Of a stretch of 64,000 nt of DNA, positions 50,683-63,489 are shown piece by piece; positions within the stretch are counted from its first letter, which is position 1, and every line of letters begins with the position of its first letter. The stretch is from positions 74,068 through 138,067 of IMG/VR virus record IMGVR_UViG_3300045125_000101; one strand, 5' to 3'. Below the pieces are notes generated by a model. The model was not told where the DNA came from. It did not search any database and saw only the letters and a list, made by a program, of their open reading frames with translations. The stretch is from a virus. A program made the translations under genes and the position numbers.

Positions 50683-52247
50683 ATGATTTCACTACTTTCT
50701 TTATTACAAGAGGCACTTAGCGGCAAAAAGTTTTATGACCAGCTTGTAAGTCCATCATTCAAGACGCAGGACACATTTCCTGTAAAAATGGATTTTATTG
50801 TTGATAATAAGAAAGTAGAAGTTGTTATTCCTGTCAAGATTACCATGAACAATCTCAAGCGCGAGGTTGACCAGTATATGAAAGCGCCGGTAGAAATGAA
50901 AGCAAAGCTTGATACATATGCTTATTGGTATGACAACTTCAATAAACTTGTTTTTCAAAGCATGGGTGAAAGTGATGGTTGCTTGTTTCTTGCTGCTTGC
51001 GGATATTGTTCTGCTAATACAGCACTTGACCAGAACATTCTTGAAGCTGCCAAACTATATACAGCAGTAAAGAAAGATTTTGCCACAGAAGAAGGCAAAC
51101 AAGCACTTTCAGATATTGCAGCAAACGTAAAAAGCAATCTAAAAGACAAAGACCTGTCATTTTTGGCACAGTTTCCAAATAGTGCGTATGCTAATCTATT
51201 ACTGCCAAAGAAAGATTATACAGGTAAGAAGATTGAAAAGGGAGCCAAGAAGGGTCAAGATGACATCTTTAGTGAAATCACTGTATCAAATGCCAAGATT
51301 CCAAACTTCAATACATATGTGAAGTATTATCTTCAGCACAATGGTCAAGTTACAAAAGAAGAACTATATAACGACCTTGAATCAGGTGTATTTACTATCA
51401 GTGGCACAAAGATCAACTCGTTTCTTATTAATCTTATATTTCCAGGCAAGAAATGGGCAGGTAAGATTGACCCAGCAACTATTGACCGTTGGATGATTCG
51501 TGTGTTTTTTGATGAGCCGTTAAAAAATATGGTTGAAAATGACATCACCGATTGGATTGAACATCTACCGGATGAAGACGAAGAAGAAACCGTAAATGAA
51601 GCAAAACCAAAGAAGCCAAAACTTTCTCCGGAAGAACAAATGCTTGCTAAGAAAAAGAAAGCACTTGAAAAGAAAAAAACGCAATCGTAAACAGCATTGT
51701 AATGAAACTGTTTGGAGATGATGTTATTCGTCAAAATCTTGTAAAGATACTTCATGAAGAAGCACAAAAGATTGGTCTTACATCATATCAACTACAAGCA
51801 CTGGCGTGGGTCAATATCCGTGAGAGATATGAAGAACCCGCCGCAAAGTTTGCCAAGTTTGAAGATGTTATGGATTATGCAAAAGATGCCGCTAGCACTG
51901 TTATGGCGATAGATCCAAACATCAACTCTGTATTGAACACTATCAAGATACTTTCATCCGGACCAAGATTCAAATTCACCAACCCACAACAAGTTGTTGA
52001 TACTATTGAAAACGCTGACAGATATGAGAAGGTATATGTATTGCCACCAAAGATTGCCAAAGCAAAGAAAGATAAGGGTTCTACTATTGATTACACCAAA
52101 ATCAAGGTTGGTATGGTAAGCGACAACAAGGCGGATATATACAACTTGAAGATATCCAAAAAGAAGCCAATACAAACAATAGATGGAGCAAACAGAGCAG
52201 AAACACTCAAGAAAGTGCTTGATTGGATTTTAAACTATAAAACATAA
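50683..52247 (+). CDS. HhH-glycosylase-like fold protein (one gene split by a frameshift near 51690)
   Basis: YWY, SANTA..QN, GTKINSFLIN, ATIDRWM, YQLQALAW; N-terminus MISLLSLLQE. Confidence 0.6.
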
Positions 52248-52250
52248 TAA

Positions 52251-52276
52251 TAAACCCGCCGATTTGGCGGGTTTTT
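52251..52276. terminator. Bidirectional terminator
   Basis: AAACCCGCC-GATTT-GGCGGGTTTT. Confidence 0.75.
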
Positions 52277-52679
52277 AGTTATTGCACTTCTTTACTTCTC
52301 CACGTAGTGTAAACAAACCATCTACAGGAGTCCAAGTAGTTATTTTATTACTATCAAATGGCTTGCCGCCATCTTTACGATTTACTGCTACAGTAATATG
52401 CGGCACAGAGTTTTTACTATAAAACCCCACTACTCTTACTGCAATAGCCTTGTCGCTAATGCCATAATGAGTGATATCAAGACTTTGAGTTGTGCCAAGA
52501 TACGGTTGAATAAAATCAGGAGCTTTGCCCATAGCTATAGTCATATGATGACAAAACATCTCCCAACCATTATCACGTACAATGATGGGCAATCTGACAC
52601 CATTTACCTTGATATTGTCATCTGCCCATTTGACAAGTTTCAAGTGTGATTTTTCATCTAGTACTACAGCGGTATACAT
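52275..52679 (-). CDS. 2H phosphoesterase (tRNA-ligase CPD-like)
   Basis: Two HxT motifs, HHMTI and PHITVA; SN.IT.W. Confidence 0.8.
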   Translation of the reverse strand: MYTAVVLDEKSHLKLVKWADDNIKVNGVRLPIIVRDNGWEMFCHHMTIAMGKAPDFIQPYLGTTQSLDITHYGISDKAIAVRVVGFYSKNSVPHITVAVNRKDGGKPFDSNKITTWTPVDGLFTLRGEVKKCNN

Positions 52680-52680
52680 T

Positions 52681-53634
52681 TTATTTAGTAAGAGTTAGTA
52701 TCTTATATATAGTTGCCATAAAGCATATTTCTCTATCTGCAACAGAAACTTCTTGATATTGACCTTCTGCAAGCGCAAGAATAACTTCACCTTGAGCATT
52801 CGGCGCATATTCAGACACTTTTTCATACATTTCTGTATATAAGTCGCTGAAGTTCTTTAGGCTGTTATCTGCCACAAGTTGGCGAATATCACCAAATGCA
52901 ATCTTCTTGTTTGAGTTCTTGAGCATATCAATAAGTTTAGACTTGATATCACCCTGCAACACATCTTCTTTGGCAAGTTTTAGTTCACCATCGATTACAC
53001 CACGCTGTGCTGTATTGATGATGGCACGAATGTCTGGATAATGACTATTGACAAGCAATACAATACCATCCTTATCAAACTTGACATTTTCCTTTTGTAG
53101 GATTTTTACAAGGTTGGCGGCGACATCCTTTTTGGTAGGAGGATGAATGGCATAAGATTGACAACGGGATTGAATGGGCTCAGTAATGCGTTCGTGATAG
53201 TTACAAGTTAGGATGAACCGAGTGTTCATACTATATGTTTCCATTGTATTACGCAGACCGGCTTGACCGGCAGCAGTAAGATAGTCGGCCTCATCAAGAA
53301 TGATTACCTTCATACCATTGAAGCCAATAGTAGAAGCAAAGTTCTTGATTTTTACACGAATGGTGTCAATGCCGTTGTCATCCGAAGCATTGATGTAGAG
53401 TACATCGCATTTGATGCTTTTCGTGATAAGTTTAGCCAGAGTAGTCTTACCAGTTCCAGCGCCGCCATATAAGAGTAGATGTGGTATGTCATTTTCTTTG
53501 ATATATTGTTTTACCTTTTCCTTCAAGGCATCATTACCAACATAGTCATTCAAGCTGGTGGGACGATACTTCTCGCACCAAAGCGAATGCTCTGTGTTGA
53601 TGTTTGTGGTTTCTGTATCTTCAAGGAAGCTCAT
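52681..53634 (-). CDS. Clamp loader large subunit (RFC/gp44-like)
   Basis: LWCEKYRP, GGAGTGKTT, INASD, ILDEADYL, IQSRC. Confidence 0.93.
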   Translation of the reverse strand: MSFLEDTETTNINTEHSLWCEKYRPTSLNDYVGNDALKEKVKQYIKENDIPHLLLYGGAGTGKTTLAKLITKSIKCDVLYINASDDNGIDTIRVKIKNFASTIGFNGMKVIILDEADYLTAAGQAGLRNTMETYSMNTRFILTCNYHERITEPIQSRCQSYAIHPPTKKDVAANLVKILQKENVKFDKDGIVLLVNSHYPDIRAIINTAQRGVIDGELKLAKEDVLQGDIKSKLIDMLKNSNKKIAFGDIRQLVADNSLKNFSDLYTEMYEKVSEYAPNAQGEVILALAEGQYQEVSVADREICFMATIYKILTLTK

Positions 53635-53635
53635 T

Positions 53636-54364
53636 TTAGCTGTCAATCTCCTTCTTGATAAGATAATAAGACGCTTCAAAATCCTTGTTCTTGAACGAGA
53701 TATTGGAAATACCAGAAGCAGAAACCTTGAAGATAATGCCACCAAGACCACGACACTTGCCCGCAATCTCCTTGAAATAGTTGGCATTGAAACTGATAGG
53801 CTTGTCCAGATTATCCTTTCCGGCGATAGGAGAAACATCCAACTTGATGCGGCTGGTATTGATATTGCTATATCCGATTACCAGTTCCATCTTGTTCTTC
53901 TTGTTCATAAGAAGAGTGAATGTTTCGACTTCAGGTAAAGCATTCTTGGCCTTGATATACTTGTCAATAAAAGCATCATCCATCGGAATCTCCACATCAT
54001 ATGCCTTGATTTCCTTTACCTTGGGGGCGGCAGGAATAATAGACAAGTCGGCAAGCAGCACCGTAGAGTCGGTAGAACCATCAGATACAGACCAACTAAT
54101 GGGTCGGTCATCAATCTTATTGATTGATATTTCAATGTTTTCATCAAGTACGCCAATCATCTTCTTTACTTGAGCAGTGTCGTGAATGCCATATTCACCA
54201 CTGTCAATCTTGATACTTGAAAACGAGACAATACCAGCAAGGGTACGATCCTCAGACACGAAGTTGGTCTTGATAGCATTTCCATCAGACACAATCTTAA
54301 CAGACTCAATCGTTCCGTTGAGATTATATAGGTCGATGAACTTGTTTAGTTCGGATTTATTCAT
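53636..54364 (-). CDS. Sliding clamp (gp45-like)
   Basis: ~240 aa alpha/beta protein between the polymerase and clamp loader; ends YYLI. Confidence 0.7.
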   Translation of the reverse strand: MNKSELNKFIDLYNLNGTIESVKIVSDGNAIKTNFVSEDRTLAGIVSFSSIKIDSGEYGIHDTAQVKKMIGVLDENIEISINKIDDRPISWSVSDGSTDSTVLLADLSIIPAAPKVKEIKAYDVEIPMDDAFIDKYIKAKNALPEVETFTLLMNKKNKMELVIGYSNINTSRIKLDVSPIAGKDNLDKPISFNANYFKEIAGKCRGLGGIIFKVSASGISNISFKNKDFEASYYLIKKEIDS

Positions 54365-54411
54365 AATAGTAGTATGTTTGTATGATGTATAAAATGTATG
54401 ATTTGTCAATA

Positions 54412-56944
54412 TCAAAAAGTAAAGAACTCGTTGATTGCTTCTTCATCTTCGCTATAAAGAGTCCAAGTCAGAGCATCATAAAAACTCTTGAGTTTCTTTT
54501 CTAACTCAGCGTCCCAGATGCGGTTACGGTCAATATACTGGTTGATAAAGTCCATAACAATCTTAGGGTCTTTGCCATCATCCTTGAACGCCAATCCATC
54601 CAAACCAAATGGATTGCTTTTTAGATATGCCCATTTGATTTTACCGCCATTCATAATAGGCTCTGTTTCTGATAGGCTGTATCTCTTTAGCATATCGTTA
54701 TATGCAAGAGCGGCCTTGCATTGAGCAGTAGAACCATCAACAAAATGAAATAGACTGCGGTCTTTTGGATTGAAATCTGTCTTGGCGTCTGTGTTGGCAA
54801 TAAACCGCACAGAAGTATTCTTGGCGATATCTTCAAGGTTGAAAGATTTCATAGACGCCTTGAAGTCCAAAATCTTCTTATCCAGTTGCTTCTTTTCTGT
54901 TCCGCGAAGAATATCCTCCAATACAGAACTCATAAAGTCTCTGAACTTCTTGGGATAACTTGAACGCACAACGTCAAGACCTTTGATTTCAATATCGTTG
55001 GTATCTTTGCTCAGTTCCATATTATATACCTTGAGCATTGCATAACGCTTCTTGACAATCCAGAATGCGGCTTGAGCAACAACATCTGGAGCAATCTTGA
55101 TGCGGTTGTCTGTGCTGTTGAACATCTTGACCATCATCACCTTATAGAAGTCATTGAGACCATCCGCGACTTCGTTGATAGTCTTGATGGCATATGGCTT
55201 GATTTCGGAAACCTTCTTCGTGCTTGGCAAGAGAGTTGATGTCAAGATACAAAGAGTCTGTGTCAATATAGATTACATAATCTTTATCTTTTGTTTCGCA
55301 GCGTTTATTGAAACGAGCATTTACAAACTTGGCACTTGTCTTGATGATTTCTTGACCGGTCAAAGTTACGCCGCCGCATTATCAAGGTCATAGAACCTAA
55401 AGATAGGCAGACCAAGAACACCATATAGCGAGTTGAGCAAAATCTTCTGCACTTGCTGACGACGCTTCCAGAATGTAGTAGCAGCCTTGTCGCCACTATC
55501 CGACGCCTCTTTCATCTTGTTCTTATACTCTACACGTTCAGCAAACCATTTCTTGAGAATGTCAGGAATACATCCAATCTTCTTCTGGTCATATACCACG
55601 CCGTTCGCACTTACAGACAAGTTGTTTTCAACAAAGAACTGGTTGAGTTGCTTGTATGTATATTTGTCATCCGCAAAATCAACAACATCTTCTGTCTGCT
55701 TGGCATACTTCTCTGCACTCCAGTTATTGATTACTGCCATCTTGGTCTCTGGAGAGATGTTGATGCTCATAATCACGCTGGGATACAGCGAGTTGATATC
55801 GGCAGAACACACCCAGTCATAACGACCTTGTTAACAGGGTCTTTTACATATGCACCAACAAATCCTTCTTCAGAGTCACTCGTCGTCTCCATCCGTATCT
55901 TCATCATCTTTTGTTTGCGGTTTGTTTGGAGCAACAAGTTTCTTGGCGGCGTAGATATGTAAGCAGCGCACCTTCAAGAACTTGGAAGAGATATGAAATC
56001 TCTTCATAACCAACGTGGCAAACGTGACAGATGCTCATCGCAAGGTCAATAAACTGCAACTTGTCGTTCATTTTGCGAACAAGCACAATATCGTGCAAGT
56101 TGTATTCAATGAATTTGTTGATGTCCGTCTTCTTCAGATTGTCCAGCGAGCCTTCATCATAATCCACCTTACCTACACTTAGTTCTTCTCTCGCGACAGT
56201 ATCAAGACGATAGTTCGCAAGTTCTTCTGGCTGTATTTCTTATACAACAACAAATAGTCAAGCGTATTTACGCCAGCAATAGTCATCTTGTTCTTGAACT
56301 TGTTGAAATAACAAACTCCAATAGGAGACAACTTGCCCGCCGTTTCTTCATCAAATACCTTGAGTAGTCTGGCGTGCAGATATGGAAAGTCAAAGCCGTC
56401 GATGTTCCATCCCGTAGCAATCGTTGGATTGACTTCTCTCCATTTATCAAGAAAGCATTCAGCAATCTTGTTCGTGAAGATATGAAGATACTTCAGCACG
56501 TGCATTTGCCCCGCTTTTACAACCTCTTCTTCATCAGAGAACAAAGCAGTAATACTTGTTCTTTGCTGGCATCGCACAACGCAATGGCAGTGTAATCTTC
56601 TGCACTGGATTTTCGACATTCGGATATCCTCAGCCAGTAGAACTCCACTTCAATGTCAAGCACTGCCAGTCGATGATTAGTGAATACATCGTCGCTGCTT
56701 CCATAAACATCTATCAGGAAACGAGTTTCAACCGGAACGATTTGACTCGCGCAGTGAAGAGTCTCTTGGATTGAACTTCTCTTCAACGCGGCCTACAAGT
56801 TCTTGACCATAACATGACCTCATATTTGCCACCCTTCTTCTTGCGATATGCATATGGTACATATTTCACTCTGGCATAACCATTTTGGTCATCCCAAACG
56901 TGCACAAGGTTGGCTTTGCGGTCATAGAATGCTGCTTGATACAT
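54412..56944 (-). CDS. Family B DNA polymerase (frameshifted)
   Basis: LDIEV, GWNIDGFDFPY, ADINSLYPS, KILLNSLYG, YIDTDS, KKRYA, IKGLDVVRS. Confidence 0.95.
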
Positions 56945-56950
56945 ACCAGC

Positions 56951-56978
56951 ATACTACCACAATGAATGGATATGTCAA
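56951..56978 (-). promoter_or_regulatory. Sigma70-type promoter of the polymerase operon
   Basis: TTGACA-N16-TAGTAT. Confidence 0.6.
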
Positions 56979-57011
56979 GCGTCAGCTTTTAAATTGTTTG
57001 GTGCTATTGTT

Positions 57012-57600
57012 CTAGTTCCATTTCTCTCTCCAATCCGTGTCGTCAAAATCATAAACTTGGTGAGTGCATCCCAATTTTAGAAATTCTAGAATCTCGGTAT
57101 TAGACCAGTTATAAGTGGAAGGAAATAATTTAGAATTTGCATAATTGTCTAAAACAAAAATTCCAGTGGGTTTTAATTTTGTGTGAAACTTTTTGAATAA
57201 GTCACTTCTGTTATAACCCCAAACCGTATCTATGGATATCACATCAGAAACTTTCCGGAAATCTCATGGTTCTCGATTTCAGTTTCTATGTCGTTTCGAT
57301 TAGGGATACATTTAGATTCTATAGAATCTTCCAACCCTCTGAACATATGCCGTTTGTAGAAACTATCTAAAAATTCTCTGTTTGTTTCTATTCCAAAAAC
57401 TTGGCCACAACGACGAGCACAAGGCAGAAAGTACTTGCGCCCATGCCAACATCAAAAACAATTTCGGTACCTTTCAATAATCCAGCCAAAAAATAGCGGA
57501 TGCTGGAACTACCCACGGAGATTTGAGCCGCAAACCTTCATCTTTTGGGTCTATATAATTTTTTGGAATTCTCAATTTTAACACTCGGCGTATCTTGGTT
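57012..57600 (-). CDS. Class I SAM methyltransferase-like protein (frameshifted)
   Basis: PWVVPAS, VFDVGMGAST, ISID..G, LKPTGIFVLDNY. Confidence 0.55.
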
Positions 57601-59384
57601 CACCGTATTATTCACTCGACTATTTTATCTTGGTTTTACACACCCAAGCAATGCTCTGAAAAGAAGGGGGTCATAATTTATTAAATTGTTTTTTCGGAAA
57701 TGTAAGGATATCTCAGATATAACGATTTCACAATGATTCCATATGACTCCTTTCATATTTTTATTGAAATAATAGTGTTTTGATGGCATAGTCCGTGCCA
57801 TTATAAAATCTCCAACATTTAAATAATCACTTAGATAATTAAACTCTCTATTTTATATCCTCCGTCACACAATATTAATTTTTTCCTTCTTCTTTCAAGA
57901 AATTTAAAACATGATAATCTGTTATCTCCTCAAAATTTTGACTAAAAATATTGATAATGCGTATATCAATTCCCGTTTTCTCAACTCAACATACGGGCGT
58001 CTTTCTTTGATATCATATGAAAGTATTTTGGTAGAAATTGGAGTATTATTAATTCTTAAAAATTTTGCAAACCCTCCAAGAAATGTTCCTATTTCTGTGG
58101 ATATGCGTAAATTGATGTAATTCAATAAATGGTTTAAAAATTCTTTGAAAATCTTTATGCTGTGATGCGTGGTACCCTTCTATTGTATCAGATTGAAGTT
58201 CTTTCTGGTTATTTTTTTTCATAGCAAAATGCTGTTATTATATATCAAATGAATTATTGAATAGTCACCAAAAAACTGAAATAATTTGTGTATTGTTTTT
58301 CTCCAAAATTCTCCATTACAAACTTTTGTCCATTTTTAGCAATCTCTTCTCCATTTTTCATCCATTCTGTGTAAAAATTCGGCATCTTCTATAAGCGCAC
58401 CGTTTTTACAACACGGTATATAGTGCACATATTCTTTGGAGTCCCAACTGAGATTCCAGTAATGGATTGGTTCAAAAAAATCCCAAACAGCCGCACATCA
58501 AAGCTTCCTATATGTTTTGCTAAACAAAAAATTCATTGGAAAATCATAATGTCCAACAAACGCAGATTTAAATTCACTCAACTTGTTATAATAATTCATA
58601 GAAATCAAATATGATTTCTCTTATATCCGATGTTTTAATAAAAATACCAATTCCTTAAAATTGTGCGAAGTTATCATCAATCTCCGCATCATACGCCTGG
58701 ATGTATATCCTCTCCCAAGAGATCCGGATAAAATAATTTGGTCATTTCTTTTGATATGGTTTATTTAGCAAAGGTTCAAACCAAACTGGATTCAAAAATA
58801 AAACATATCGACTGCTTTTTTAGAGTACTCGGTCATATTTAAATTTTTAAAATATATAGAACTTGGAGTAATTATATAACTACAATGTCAAATGCAAGAG
58901 ATGTGTGTATCGGGGGACATTCGATGATAGTCGAACGCAGTATATTTCTTTTGGCAGGTCATCTTGCCAGCTATAATTTTTATATTTTTAGACTTTGATA
59001 TTTTTATTATTTCTCAGGATATGCCGTGGGATGTATTCCTAAATACAATCGAACCGTTAAACTCATCTCGTCTCGTTAATGTGCGCGACAAACTCCGCAC
59101 ATTATTCATCTTTAATTCTCGGCGTATATCTATTGTAGTCATCATTTTTATATTATATTGATACAATAAGAGGTGCTTTTATAATATTCATCGTTGAATA
59201 CATCTATCAAAAATCTAATCAATTGCATCTGTATGCTATAATTTTCGCGCCCACGATGAATAACTATTAATTTTTTATAAACCAAAATATTATTTATACC
59301 TACTTTTATTTTAAAAATACAGCTATATGTAGATCCGAAGATATAAAAATTATATTCGTTATACATTTTTTTACGCAAACCCAT

Positions 59385-60132
59385 TATCTCGTTTATTTTA
59401 TGAATATGTCTTCTTTTTCCATCTTCTAGATAGTTCCAACCTTTATGTTCAAAACATCTGAGTGCTCATTTGGAAATGTCACTCAGAACATCTCGGTTTA
59501 CGGCCCCTACCAGTTGCAACCCGCCAAGCAGGTTCTCCTCTAATATAATCTTCTCGCTGGTCCTCGATTTTGATATTTGACGAAGATAACATCATATTTT
59601 CTCCGACATTTTCTTTTCAATTTAAAAGTTGTTCCCGAAAAACTTAAACGATTGTCAATCATAAATTTTTTATTAAACAAAACAACCCAAGAGCACACTC
59701 TAGACAAGAACATTCTAAATCAGTTTCCGTCTGCTCAAATACAGGAAAAATCGAGTGTATCTATTTTTCCCCATACTTTAAATCGCTCATCTTGTATATG
59801 TTCAATAAGATGGTCAAAAAATTTTTGGTCTTTGATTTTAATATCCGAATCCAAGTGTAAATCCAATCCGAAAGTTGTTTCTGGAATAAGTCTATCAACC
59901 GCTTTAGTATGAGATAAAATTTTTCCTTCATTTATTAAATTAAAATTATAGATTTTTGTTTCTCAATCAAATATTGCGTTGTACCATCTATATCACTAAC
60001 TGCACTATTATAAACATGCAAAACATACTTGGGATGAATAGGAAACCAACTATCAATGCAGTCTTGTAAATCACGAAGTCCACCGGCCACGGCGATAATA
60101 ATATCAATTTTGGATGTAGTTGAAATTGTCAT
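59385..60132 (-). CDS. Glycosyltransferase family 2-like (frameshifted)
   Basis: IDIIIAV...LHLDSD. Confidence 0.5.
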
Positions 60133-60315
60133 AAATTATGTGTATATGCAACAACTTCTGCCTTCAGTCTAACAGAAGGAGATTTTCCAGTTTTTAATTT
60201 ATTTTTCAATATCTTTAAAAAATATGTTTTATTTTGGTCCAAGTAATAATCACTTGTATATCCAATATAATCCGCCCTGTTAAAAACAATGTTTTTTTGT
60301 TCTATTTCAATAGTA

Positions 60316-60993
60316 TTAAGATAATTCATAATCTGAAAATATAGAGTTTACAAATTCGGTTTGTTCCGAGTCATTTTGTAGCGTCGAAGTCCATATTTTT
60401 TCGCCTGCAATATCTATTGGAAAAACATATTGCTTTGAATGTTTGACACACATAATTGTTATGTTGTTTTTTTTGGCGTATTTAGCAATCCACAAATCTG
60501 CCATGTTTGGCTTCTGGAAATAGCTTAGGGGTAATTTCATCAAACTTGTGTGAAAACACATAACGCCAGTTCCACCTACATGAACCGGTACGTTTTCCGG
60601 AAAGTTCTCATCAAACCTATAGACGTTTTCAACAGAATAACAAAAAGAATCAATCGGAAAACTTTTATAAGTTCTTCCATGCAAATTACATATTTTTTCG
60701 ACCATATTTTTCTACGTTTGAAATCATGAACTTTGTATAATCCGATGGGTATTCAATATCGTCGTCTATTGTAAAATAATATCCGTCGGAATTAATCAAA
60801 TCTATAAATTTATAGGCATCTCCAAGCTCGTTGTCGGTAATATAAATTCTTATTTTCTTATCATATAACTCAGCCGGAATTGCTTCATAAGAATTTAAGG
60901 CAACATTAATGACATCATATTGATCAATTACTGATTCTACAGATTTAATCAATCCATCTATTCGGTTATAACTGATACGTTGTATATTATCAT
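60316..60993 (-). CDS. Glycosyltransferase-like (frameshifted)
   Basis: LGDAYKF, YFTIDDDIEYP, GGTGVMCF, NMADLWIA. Confidence 0.65.
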
Positions 60994-61684
60994 ATAATGG
61001 ATATTAACTTTACATTTTTACGATCTTCTGGGTTCATTTGTGATTCGTGGTCACCGTGACTGGCCAGAGAACGTTTAACTTGATACATATTATATCCTTC
61101 TTGAATAATCTTTTGCTTATCTGCTCACCTACGCCAGACCCAAGAAGCGGATTTTTTCCCCACCTAGATTCTTCTATTGGATGAATTGTATAATCTAATG
61201 CCTCAAAAATTTTTTTTCTACAACAAAAAATAATTCACACCAACCAGTTTTGTAATATTCTTCAAATTCAACCGGCTTTACATTAGTCCATTTTGGTTTG
61301 TTTCTTTGACATTCATAGAGCACAGTAGCTAATGAAATTTTTTGGATGAGTCTATCTTTTTATAGAGTTTTATAGATTTTTCAAAAAAGTTTTTTGTTAA
61401 CCTATTGTCATCTTGTAGATAGAAGAAATACTTGGCGTCAATATTTTTTACATATTTAAATGTATCATTTATTACTTTCCAAAATTTACGTTTACCGTTG
61501 TTCTTCGCATATTTTATATATTTTATATCATAATTTTCTATGGCAAATCTTTCATTTCCACCGTCATCAAATACGGTTACTAAAATTTTACTATTTTTTG
61601 CGTTATCTTTAATATCTTCGAGCAATAACTTCAAGGACTCATTTCTGTTATAGGTAGTAATTACAACACAATAATCATACTCAT
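60990..61684 (-). CDS. Glycosyltransferase family 2-like (frameshifted)
   Basis: VVITTYNR, VFDDG, NNGK, YLQDD, GSGVG.Q.S. Confidence 0.65.
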
Positions 61685-61983
61685 AAGTTAACTTCTTACG
61701 CTGAGTGGTTATTTCTGAATAATTTCCGTCTTCTTCATCTATTTAAGAAATAGGTATAAATTTGGTCGTAAATTTTTTGTTTGATTCCACTTATATCCAA
61801 TAAGTTATCGTGATTAAGCTTCAATATCTCGGGAGGAATGTGTGAAAATATTTTTTGCCGATGTATATAGTCTCTGTCAATCTTGTCTCCGTGCCAATCG
61901 TGTATGACGTTTCCCCTCTATATAAGAAATAGACCCACTCACATAATCATAAATTATTTTTTCCAATCAAAATAATCTCGACT

Positions 61984-62277
61984 TTATGCTTTCCACGAGT
62001 TCTCCCCATGCGTAAACATATCCGGTATCTGTTGGTTGCTATATATTGCAAATAAAAATGCCTGTGTCGCCACCTCCGACGGGACAGTATGGATACAATC
62101 CACCGTAATTCCAAAGTTCTCTTCTTGCTGCCACGCTCTACCAGTAACCGCTTTATCATTTTTATTTGGTTTTGGTCCACCGATAAAACAATATCCAGGC
62201 AAAGTTGATGTTTTTCTTCCAAACCTATCCGTGTCAATTCCGTATTTAAAAAGTTGTATAACTTTATACGTATTCAA
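61984..62277 (-). CDS. Hypothetical protein
   Basis: 97-aa ORF fragment. Confidence 0.35.
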   Translation of the reverse strand: MNTYKVIQLFKYGIDTDRFGRKTSTLPGYCFIGGPKPNKNDKAVTGRAWQQEENFGITVDCIHTVPSEVATQAFLFAIYSNQQIPDMFTHGENSWKA

Positions 62278-62799
62278 TTTTCTTGACGCATCTTTGTACC
62301 AGTGTTTATTTGTAAAAATTATATCGTGGTCTACTTAAGCAATTTCGTATATTGGTCGAGGAACCAACTCTTTGACTACGATGTTAATACTGCTTCTTTT
62401 GAAAGACATATTTTCTTTATTAACTTTAATCTGTTTCCATCCAGAGATTCCTTTAGTTTCAAACTCATCAGTCAAGGAAAGTTCAATTCCGTAGAATGGA
62501 ATCTTTTCCACCGGTATGCATCTTTATAAACCTATGCAAGTTTCTTGAGAAGGAGTGGTATATCCGGCCCAATTATAATGACGAAGCCACGGCACAATGT
62601 CTCGGTAAAACACTTTCTCCTCTGGAAGCCTCTTCTGTGAATTGCTAGAACGAAATTCCTTCGGTATTATTGGACACTCGTTGAGTATCTTTCGGTCAAG
62701 TCACATTCGTTCATAGGTACTAAATGATTCGCATTAAAGATATGAATTTTTTCTGATTTCGTCCAGTTCTTTGCGTCTGCGTTGTAAAATTATTTTGTC

Positions 62800-63424
62800 A
62801 TATTTATTTTCTATACAACGAGTGTCGTATCTGTCTCCGAGCTCGCTGCACTTGGTACGCCTATATCACAGAGCACATCTATCTTTGGCATAAATATGTC
62901 TACTTCCAACAATATATCTTTCATCAAATTGCATCTGCCTCCACACTTCCAACTAAAGAATCATTCATATTTGGGGAAAAATGATTTTTCTTTATTAGAA
63001 ATCGAGCCGTAAAAACATAGGGAAATTTGAAATTCTCTTAACATTTTTATAATTGTCACCTTTTACGGAAATAAAATTTAAATTTCAGTATTTCCTTGTT
63101 TTGAAATTTTTCAAGCAATATACCCATCAGGTTTTCCATCAATGCATCGTTTGAATCAAAAAACAAAATGTTTTCGTGCAGCTTTTTTTTGCGTGCGTAT
63201 TTTTTATTATGTATAATCAAAGTTTTTGGAAAAAATACAATTTGATATGCTTATTATACAGATCATTATTTGCTAAGAAAGTTCATTGTTTCCTTACAAT
63301 TTTTGATTCATTCAAGCAATATTTCAAAATTGTTACATTTCTTCGCAGAACTAATACCCGATAAGTATATATCTGACCAAAAACTTTGTGTTTTTGCATG
63401 TAGGTATAACGATTGATACCCTCA
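62800..63424 (-). CDS. Glycosyltransferase family 2-like (heavily frameshifted)
   Basis: MRVSIVIPT, ILFFDSND, WKCGG-like motif. Confidence 0.5.
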
Positions 63425-63489
63425 TATTTTTATTTATAAAATTATGTAACCATTTTATCATATTAAATAATATATGGAGTGACCTTCGG

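Noticed and set aside
57600-59384. Specific functional calls for the genes here
   Set aside because: The sequence is too fragmented to support a family assignment.
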